Notes under the pieces: generated by a model | The model's input: the letters and a program-made list of their open reading frames with translations, nothing else | What the model was told of the DNA's origin: nothing | Database searches by the model: none | Shown here: positions 48,150 through 54,069 of the stretch, one piece after another | Numbering within the stretch: position 1 is the first letter of the stretch | How the letters are laid out: the number at the start of each line of letters is the position of its first letter | Assembly: GCA_045596145.1 (NCBI GenBank) | Contig: JAZOBV010000119.1 | Span: 26,029 to 90,028 of the forward strand | Direction of reading: 5' to 3' | DNA from: Candidatus Pelethomonas sp. | Lineage (GTDB): Bacteria; Bacillota; Clostridia; Oscillospirales; Oscillospiraceae | DNA length: 64,000 nucleotides | Translations under genes and position numbers: made by a program

Positions 48150-49154
48150 TCAGCGTGCAACGAAACCTACTTTTTTGTAAACCTTGCGCAAAGTTTTCTC
48201 CGCCACATAGGATGCCTTTTCCGCACCCGCGCGGTAGACACTCTCAAGGTATGCCTTGTCCTGCATGATGCGCTGCGCCTCCTCGCGGATGGGGCGCAGC
48301 AGCTCCACAACAGCTTCGCCGACAGCGGGCTTGAATTTGCCGTAGCCCTGACCGTCAAACTCCTGCTCGATCTCGGCAAAGGTCTTGCCGGTGACTGCGG
48401 AGTAGATCGTCATCAGATTAGCCACACCGGGCTTGTTTTCCACATCGTAGCGAACGCAGTTTTCCGTGTCGCTGTCTGTGATGGCGCGCTTGAACTGCTT
48501 CATAATGAAAGCGGGATCGTCCATCAGCGTAATGCGTCCGGTATCCTCGTTTTCACTCTTGCTCATCTTGGAGCCGGGATTGGTCAGGCTCATAATACGC
48601 GCGCCGACCTTGGGGATGTAAGGCTCGGGCATCTTGAACACATCGCCGTAGATGCCGTTGAACCGCTGCACGATATTGCGGGCAAGCTCGACATGCTGCT
48701 TCTGATCGTCGCCCACGGGGACGAAGTCGGGCTGATAGAGCAGAATGTCCGCCGCCATCAGACTGGGATAGGTGAACAGACCGCCGTTGATGTTTTCGGC
48801 GTTCTTGGCGGATTTGTCCTTAAACTGGGTCATGCGGCTCAGCTCGCCGAACATGGCGTAGCAGCCCAGCACCCAGCCCAGCTCCGCGTGCTGATGCACA
48901 TGGGACTGGATAAACAGGGTGTTTTTCTCGGGGTCCAGACCGCAGGCGATATACTGGGCAAGCTGCTCCAGAGTGCGGCGGCGGAGATCCGCGGGATTGT
49001 GGCGCACAGTAATGGTGTGCAGGTCAGCCATGAAATAATAACAGTCAAACTGATCGGCACGCTCAGCCCAGTTTTTGATCGCACCGAGGTAGGAACCAAG
49101 GGTCAGATCGCCGCTGGGCTTGATGCCGGATAGCATGATTTTCTTTTCTTCCAT
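48150..49154 (-). CDS. trpS: tryptophan--tRNA ligase
   Basis: Start trimmed to MEEKKIMLSGIKPSG (ATG 49154, AAGGAGAAA upstream). KMSKS motif. A TTGTCA-17-TATAAT promoter lies upstream; no T-box is present. Confidence 0.95.
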   Translation of the reverse strand: MEEKKIMLSGIKPSGDLTLGSYLGAIKNWAERADQFDCYYFMADLHTITVRHNPADLRRRTLEQLAQYIACGLDPEKNTLFIQSHVHQHAELGWVLGCYAMFGELSRMTQFKDKSAKNAENINGGLFTYPSLMAADILLYQPDFVPVGDDQKQHVELARNIVQRFNGIYGDVFKMPEPYIPKVGARIMSLTNPGSKMSKSENEDTGRITLMDDPAFIMKQFKRAITDSDTENCVRYDVENKPGVANLMTIYSAVTGKTFAEIEQEFDGQGYGKFKPAVGEAVVELLRPIREEAQRIMQDKAYLESVYRAGAEKASYVAEKTLRKVYKKVGFVAR

Positions 49155-49257
49155 AAATTTTTCTCCTTGTGATATATTCAGCGCATACTGCGGCATTGTT
49201 TTTATTAACAACATATTATAACATGTCCGGATGAAATTGACAACCGAAAAACAGGAC

Positions 49258-50322
49258 TCAGCGCCATAATCTTATTACTCCGGCATCCTGAAGCTGCTTG
49301 AGGAGCAGCAAAAGCACCGGCAGCAGAATCATTCCCCCCACACCAAGAAAGTGATACCCCAGATACATAGCGAGGAGCACAGTGATGGAAGGAAGACCCG
49401 CCTGACCGGCAAGCAGGCGGGGTTCCAGCAGCGAATGGACGAGCATTGCCGCGCCGTAGAGTATAAGAAGAGAGAGTCCGAGTCCGGTATCGCCGGTCAG
49501 AAAGCAGAATAAAGACCATGGAATCAGGATCGTGCCTGTTCCCAGAACCGGGAGAGCGTCTACCAAAGCGATAAAAAAAGCACCCAAAAGCGCAAAATCC
49601 AGTTTCAGCCACCAGAACCCCAGCAGCATGATAAAAAAGGTGACAAGGATCAAAAGAAGCTCTGAGCGCAGCCATTTGAGCATAGCGCTGCGGAAGCATT
49701 GTGCCGCGCCGCGGCACCGCTCCTGCCAAGGGGGAGGGAGCTGACGTTTGAGGAAGGAGAGGATCATGCTGTAATTAACGGCGGTAAAGTACAGGGCGAG
49801 CACAGTTGTTACGCAGAATAAGCCCACGCTGGGAAGGGCAGATGCCAGTGCGGAGATGCGGTCCATCAAAAAGCCTCCCGCCTTGCCGACAAGTGCGGGA
49901 GCGTTTTCTCCCAGCGCGGCGGCGGTTTTGTCCAGCGCGGTTCGTAAAAAGGGAGGGCAGGCGGTATACCAGCTCTCAACGCGGTCCAGTGCGCTGTTCC
50001 AGAGAGCGGGGAATGCCTCGATCGTCTTCGGAAGCTGCTGTGACCATTCCATTAGCTCGGAGCCCAGCCGCAGGGCAAGCAGTGCCGCTGCGCCGCCAAG
50101 GCTCAGCAGCAGTGCTGTAGTTGTTGCCACGGCGGCAAAGGAGCGGCGCACGCCAATGGCGCGGCGCAGCCGCTGCACGATGGGTTCCAGCAGCGCGCTT
50201 AAGCCCAGCGAGAGCAGAAAGGGGAGCAGCGGAACGAAGAGAAAGCGGAGAAACAGGATAAGCCCTGTCAGCCACAGGGCGATGCGCAGCGCGCGGTGCA
50301 TATAAGAGTATTCTTGCGGCAT
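49258..50322 (-). CDS. AI-2E family transporter (PerM/YtvI-like membrane protein)
   Basis: 354 aa with about eight TM segments and the family-typical GLGLSLLILYGA...LEPRL region. The start could be the internal Met8. Confidence 0.75.
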   Translation of the reverse strand: MPQEYSYMHRALRIALWLTGLILFLRFLFVPLLPFLLSLGLSALLEPIVQRLRRAIGVRRSFAAVATTTALLLSLGGAAALLALRLGSELMEWSQQLPKTIEAFPALWNSALDRVESWYTACPPFLRTALDKTAAALGENAPALVGKAGGFLMDRISALASALPSVGLFCVTTVLALYFTAVNYSMILSFLKRQLPPPWQERCRGAAQCFRSAMLKWLRSELLLILVTFFIMLLGFWWLKLDFALLGAFFIALVDALPVLGTGTILIPWSLFCFLTGDTGLGLSLLILYGAAMLVHSLLEPRLLAGQAGLPSITVLLAMYLGYHFLGVGGMILLPVLLLLLKQLQDAGVIRLWR

Positions 50323-50433
50323 GATTTGGGCATATCCTCACTTTCCGGAATAATAAGGCACAAAAGGGAATTGTCAAAACGCGTAGATTGTGGTAGATTA
50401 ATGAAGACAAATGTCTTTATGGGAGGGGCAGAT

Positions 50434-50874
50434 ATGGGAAGCTCGACCAAGTTTTATATCGTTGCGGCAGACGCGCTGCCGGAGGTGTTCGTCAAGGTGG
50501 CGGAGGCAAAGCGCCTTCTGGTGACCGGTGAGGCGGAAACGGTAGGCGAAGCCGCCCGCATGGTGGGCATCAGCCGCAGTGCGTTTTACAAGTATAAGGA
50601 TTCTGTCCAGCCGCTGAGCAATATGAAGGTGGGACACATTATCACGTTTTACACCATGCTCAAGGACAGTCCGGGCGTGCTGAGTGATGTGTTGTCTATT
50701 TTTGCCGGAAGCGGTGCAAATATTCTGACCATCAATCAGAGTATCCCCACCAACAGCTGTGCGTCAGTGACGATTTCGGCAGAAACCTCGGATATGGAGA
50801 TGAGTCTTGAGGAGCTGATGGAAACGGTGAGCGCGGTGGATGGCGTGGTGCGCTTTGATATCCTTGCCGGATAA
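50434..50874 (+). CDS. ACT domain-containing protein (UPF0735/PheB-like)
   Basis: Start at MGSSTKFYIV (ATG 50434, GGGAGGGG upstream). An N-terminal HTH-like segment (GISRSAFYKYKD) is followed by a C-terminal ACT fold. Confidence 0.8.
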   Translation: MGSSTKFYIVAADALPEVFVKVAEAKRLLVTGEAETVGEAARMVGISRSAFYKYKDSVQPLSNMKVGHIITFYTMLKDSPGVLSDVLSIFAGSGANILTINQSIPTNSCASVTISAETSDMEMSLEELMETVSAVDGVVRFDILAG

Positions 50875-50895
50875 TTTTATTCGTCCCGCCGTCCG

Positions 50896-50961
50896 GCGAT
50901 AACCAAATGGAACTCCCGACACTATAATGGTAGTGGCAGTCTGGTTGTTTAGAACGGAAAG
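50896..50961 (+). repeat. 66-bp direct repeat, left copy (candidate attL)
   Basis: gcgataaccaaatggaactcccgacactataatggtagtggcagtctggttgtttagaacggaaag is identical base-for-base to 52438-52503 (checked by hand). The flanking bases differ on both sides. Confidence 0.95.
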
Positions 50962-51072
50962 CTCCATGCAGACCAGACGGCATACGCCTGCGGCGTAGGG
51001 TCATCGAACATGCGTTCGATTATCGGCGGTTGGGTGCGCCCGGGTGGATAACTTTCACTGATGCACTATATC

Positions 51073-51101
51073 TTGCGTTAAGTTCTGCTTTGAGTTACAA
51101 T
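51073..51101 (+). promoter_or_regulatory. sigma70-like promoter inside the insertion, facing the RHH gene
   Basis: TTGCGT (51073-78), 17-nt spacer, TACAAT (51096-101). A 7-bp hairpin, atcgaac-atgc-gttcgat, lies about 55 bp upstream. Confidence 0.4.
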
Positions 51102-51137
51102 ATATGGGGGGTGTGCTACAGTATCGAAATAAGGGAG

Positions 51138-51320
51138 GTGTGGAAAATAAGTATAAAATGGGACAGCAGGAACCTGCGCACGGTAAGCACTCACCTGCGC
51201 ACGGAAGAAGCGGAAGAACTGCAGCAGATATGCGCCCTGCAGCATATCACGCCGTATTCGATGATGCGGGAATACCTGCGCGACTACATCAAGCAGCACC
51301 GCAATGCGCTGCGGCGCTGA
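51138..51320 (+). CDS. ribbon-helix-helix (CopG/MobC-like) small DNA-binding protein, start uncertain
   Basis: The frame reads ...WKISIKWDSRNLRTVSTHLRTEEAEELQQICALQHITPYSMMREYLRDYIKQHRNALRR. This is a beta-strand plus two amphipathic helices, typical of RHH. A strong SD, AAGGGAGG, sits at 51131-38, but no canonical start codon lies 5-10 nt downstream in this frame. Confidence 0.5.
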   Translation: MWKISIKWDSRNLRTVSTHLRTEEAEELQQICALQHITPYSMMREYLRDYIKQHRNALRR

Positions 51321-51354
51321 CGGTGCCCCTGCAGGGCGGTCAATCGTCGCCGTA
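51320..51354. repeat. inverted repeat, left arm (35 bp)
   Basis: acggtgcccctgcagggcggtcaatcgtcgccgta. The reverse complement of 52057-52092 is identical except for one extra C in the C-run. It contains the 10-bp palindrome ccctgcaggg. Confidence 0.9.
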
Positions 51355-51771
51355 AAAGGGACACTCCTGCAGACGTAGCCGGGATAGCCGGGCGCCTGCT
51401 GCGCTTCTCACGCATGGCAGCGGTTGTGCTGCAGGTGTTGCCGCCGATGGTCGCGCTTTAGCGTGTGCTGCAGTCCGCGCTATGCTGCCGCGCGCGTTCA
51501 CTGTCGCGGCTGATAACCTTGCGGGGGCGTCGATGCAGTCAGCGCCGCCCCTTTCGTATGTGCTGCAAGCCTAACAGGCGGTCAAGGGTAAAGCAAGCAG
51601 CGCCCCGGCGCCCGCGCTGCGGTCGCTTCGGCGGGTGTGTGCGCCGCCGTGTGCGCTTGGGCGTGGGCGCCCCCTGCGTCGCCCTCTCCCGCCGCCGCCC
51701 ATGGCGGTCGTGGCGCTGCCCTGTGACTGCGCCCGTTTAATCGGCTGCATCACACGAAAGGAGCAGACGCC

Positions 51772-52071
51772 ATGACTGCAAACATCAACAACACCACCCG
51801 CAAGAACATCTACCGCCGCGACGGTTTCCGCTGCGCTCTGTGCGACAGCACCAAAGGACTGCAGGTGCATCACTACATACACCGCTCCCGCGGCGGCTCC
51901 AACCAACCGCACAACCTTATATGCCTATGTTGGAAATGTCATGCGGTCGCGCATGGTACGCAAATGCCCGACTACCCCGACTATGTCACGCAGGAGTATA
52001 TCGAGCAGGCTATATGCGAATATCTGAGCGATTTCTATGCCGGGGACTGGTACCCATACGGCGACGATTGA
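51772..52071 (+). CDS. HNH endonuclease (99 aa, free-standing)
   Basis: AAAGGAG lies 7 nt before ATG 51772. CALCDSTKGLQVHHYIHRSRGGSNQPHNLICLCWKCHAVAH gives the CxxC...HH...N...CxxCH..H pattern of the HNH fold. Confidence 0.85.
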   Translation: MTANINNTTRKNIYRRDGFRCALCDSTKGLQVHHYIHRSRGGSNQPHNLICLCWKCHAVAHGTQMPDYPDYVTQEYIEQAICEYLSDFYAGDWYPYGDD

Positions 52072-52092
52072 CCGCCCTGCAGGGGGCACCGT
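52057..52092. repeat. inverted repeat, right arm (36 bp)
   Basis: tacggcgacgattgaccgccctgcagggggcaccgt. It encodes the last four residues (YGDD) and the stop codon of the HNH ORF. Confidence 0.9.
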
Positions 52093-52437
52093 AAGAGCTG
52101 CGGTGCCCCCGAACAACTCCGGGTGCTGTCCTCGGCTGCTCCCCGACCGCCGCGGCTGCGGTGCCAATGAAACGACATGGCTGCTTGTTGGCAACTAAGA
52201 GGTGGGCGCCCGGCTCCCCCCCTCGGCGGCTGTTGGGTTTCTTGGGGGTGGTTGCCGCCTTTGCTCCGCGCCCCCCCGGGCGCCTTTTGATTTGCGGCGC
52301 GATTGCTGCGCGCCGTGCCTCGTCGCCGCGCTGTTTGCGTGGGGGGGTGGTGGCGCGGCTCCTCGGGTGCTGCCCTGCGGTGCGTTGCGCTGCAGGTGGG
52401 CGCGGTGCTGCCCTAAAGAAAAAAATAGTGCTGAACA

Positions 52438-52503
52438 GCGATAACCAAATGGAACTCCCGACACTATAATGGTAGTGGCAGTCTGGTTGTTTAGAACGGA
52501 AAG
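52438..52503 (+). repeat. 66-bp direct repeat, right copy (candidate attR); also the native aspartokinase leader/promoter region
   Basis: Identical to 50896-50961. It contains a TATAAT hexamer and ends 1 nt before the aspartokinase SD (GGGAG). Confidence 0.95.
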
Positions 52504-52513
52504 GGAGTACCAC

Positions 52514-53491
52514 ATGAAACTGATCGTTCAGAAATTTGGTGGCAGCTCCGTCCGGGACGCGCAGCGTCTTCGGAACGTGGCTGCCATCATTGCCGATACC
52601 CGGCGGCAGGGGAATGCGCTGATCGTTGTTCTCTCCGCGCAGGGGGATACCACGGATGAATTGCTGCGCAAGGCACATGAGCTGAGCGGAAATCCCGCGC
52701 CGCGGGAGCTGGATGCGCTGCTTGCCACGGGGGAACAGGCATCTGTTGCGCTGTGCGCGATATTACTGGAGGAAATGGGGCTGCCTGCGGTCAGTCTGAG
52801 CGCGTGGCAGGTAGGGATCCATACCGGGGACGGTCACGGCGACGCCCGCATCACGAGGATCGAAACAGAGCGGGTGCTGCAGGAGCTGGAGAGAGGAAAA
52901 ATCGTTCTCGTTGCCGGTTTTCAGGGCGTTGACCGGGCGCAGGATATCACAACGCTGGGGCGCGGCGGCTCGGATACCAGCGCGGTGGCGCTGGCGGCAG
53001 CATTTCACGCCCGGCGCTGCGAGATCTATACCGATGTTGACGGCGTATATACCACCGATCCACGCATTATGCCCACCGCCCGCAAGCACGAGGAGATCGA
53101 CTGCGACGAGATGCTTGCGCTTGCGCTGCGGGGCGCGCAGGTGCTGCACAGCCGCAGCGTGGAGCTGGCACGCGATCACAAGGTCGATCTTGAGGTCCTG
53201 TCCAGTTTGACGCGAGGCAGGGGAACCAAAGTTACGCCGCGAAAGAATATGGCCCTGCCGCACTTGGCGGGTGTGACACGGGATCGGGATACTGTTTCGG
53301 TCGTGGGAACGGGACTGATGCTGCTGCCCGGTGCGGCGGCAAAGCTGTATCAGGTGCTCAATGATGCCCACATTGTTGTGCACGAGATCGGGCAGAGCGA
53401 GCAGTGCATCTATGCACGGGTAGAAGAAACCGATGCCCTTCGCGCGCTGCGTTTGGCGCATAGGGCCTTTTTTGAAATAGAGCAGGAATAA
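52514..53491 (+). CDS. aspartate kinase (short form, single C-terminal ACT-like domain)
   Basis: Start at MKLIVQKFGGSSV (ATG 52514). Motifs GRGGSDTSAVALAA and YTDVDGVYTTDPR. It is only 325 aa. Confidence 0.85.
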   Translation: MKLIVQKFGGSSVRDAQRLRNVAAIIADTRRQGNALIVVLSAQGDTTDELLRKAHELSGNPAPRELDALLATGEQASVALCAILLEEMGLPAVSLSAWQVGIHTGDGHGDARITRIETERVLQELERGKIVLVAGFQGVDRAQDITTLGRGGSDTSAVALAAAFHARRCEIYTDVDGVYTTDPRIMPTARKHEEIDCDEMLALALRGAQVLHSRSVELARDHKVDLEVLSSLTRGRGTKVTPRKNMALPHLAGVTRDRDTVSVVGTGLMLLPGAAAKLYQVLNDAHIVVHEIGQSEQCIYARVEETDALRALRLAHRAFFEIEQE

Positions 53492-53532
53492 AATTTGGGC
53501 GCGTTGCAGAAGCAACGCGCCCAAATCTCTTT
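53492..53532. terminator. bidirectional Rho-independent terminator
   Basis: A 15-bp stem, atttgggcgcgttgc / gcaacgcgcccaaat, between convergent genes. Confidence 0.8.
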
Positions 53533-53571
53533 AAAAAATATTCTTTTCGGAAAATAACATCCGATTTTACG

Positions 53572-54033
53572 TTAATCCTCGTCCTCTTCACCATGACCGT
53601 GATCGTGGTCGCAGCAGCCCTCGCAGTTGGCGCAGTCGCAGAGATCATTGGGGATACCCTTGCGGTCATAGTAATCCTTCACCGCGGCGCGGACTGCCTG
53701 CTCAGCCAGAACAGAGCAGTGGACCTTGACTGCGGGCAGACCGTCCAGCGCCTCGACAACTGCCTTGTTGGTCAGCTTCAGCGCTTCGCTGAGGGGTTTG
53801 CCCTTGATGAGATCGGTGGCGATGGAGCTGGTAGCGATGGCAGAGGCGCAGCCAAAGGTCTGGAACTTTACATCCTCGATGATCTCATCGTCATTGATCT
53901 TCAGGTACATTTTCATAATGTCGCCGCACTTGGCATTGCCGACCTCGCCGACACCGTTTGCGTCCTCAAGAACGCCTACATTGTGAGGAGCGGCGAAATG
54001 CTCCATGACTTTTGCACTATATTCCATAGCCAT
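53572..54033 (-). CDS. iscU: Fe-S cluster assembly scaffold IscU/NifU-like, with a Cys/His/acidic C-terminal tail
   Basis: GNAKCGD, FGCASAIATSS and VHCSVLA scaffold cysteines. The tail is CDCANCEGCCDHDHGHGEEDED. Confidence 0.9.
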   Translation of the reverse strand: MAMEYSAKVMEHFAAPHNVGVLEDANGVGEVGNAKCGDIMKMYLKINDDEIIEDVKFQTFGCASAIATSSIATDLIKGKPLSEALKLTNKAVVEALDGLPAVKVHCSVLAEQAVRAAVKDYYDRKGIPNDLCDCANCEGCCDHDHGHGEEDED

Positions 54034-54069
54034 AATAATTGACTTCCTTTCTGATGCTTCTATAGCTGA

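Larger units (their letters stand above)
50962..52437 (+). mobile_element. 1,476-bp GC-rich insertion (RHH + HNH cargo, no recombinase); candidate non-autonomous integrative or Campbell-type element
   Basis: It is bounded by perfect 66-bp direct repeats and interrupts the ACT-gene/aspartokinase spacer. Composition is far above its surroundings (hand counts: 99/120 G+C at 51601-51720, 88/120 at 52201-52320). Confidence 0.5.

Noticed and set aside
49155-49257. A T-box leader upstream of trpS.
   Set aside because: Only about 100 bp are available. They contain a plain TTGTCA-17-TATAAT promoter and an SD. There is no T-box core (GGUGGNACCGCG-like) and no terminator/antiterminator pair.
50896-50961. 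The 66-bp repeat as a tRNA or tmRNA 3' fragment, the classic att target.
   Set aside because: No acceptor or T-arm-like structure and no CCA-proximal features were found. The sequence instead contains a TATAAT hexamer and abuts the aspartokinase SD, so it is a promoter/leader segment.
51104-51355. An ATG-initiated 83-aa ORF (MGQQEPAHGKHSPAHGRSGRTAAD...) overlapping the RHH frame.
   Set aside because: Its composition is Ala/Pro/Gly/Arg-rich with no secondary-structure periodicity. The ATG is 19 nt from the SD. The alternative frame gives a textbook RHH fold pattern. It is kept only as an open question in the findings.
51355-52437. The possibility that the recurring GC-rich motifs form a CRISPR array.
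   Set aside because: The motifs are only 9-11 nt and irregularly spaced (39, 95 and more than 200 nt). There are no repeats of 24 nt or longer, no uniform spacers and no cas genes.
50962-52437. A group I or group II intron, or a retron, as explanation for the HNH nuclease plus structured GC-rich DNA.
   Set aside because: There is no reverse transcriptase or maturase ORF. There are no GUGYG...AY group II boundaries. The insertion is in an intergenic spacer rather than a conserved gene. It is flanked by a 66-bp duplication, which introns do not generate.
52010-52678. A 222-aa minus-strand ORF spanning the right GC-rich block, the 66-bp repeat and the start of aspartokinase. The shorter ORF at 50732-51004 shares the peptide FRSKQPDCHYHYSVGSSIWLS.
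   Set aside because: The shared peptide is simply the translation of the 66-bp direct repeat. The rest is Arg/Pro/Ala-rich noise from the GC-rich DNA, and it runs antisense into a bona fide gene.
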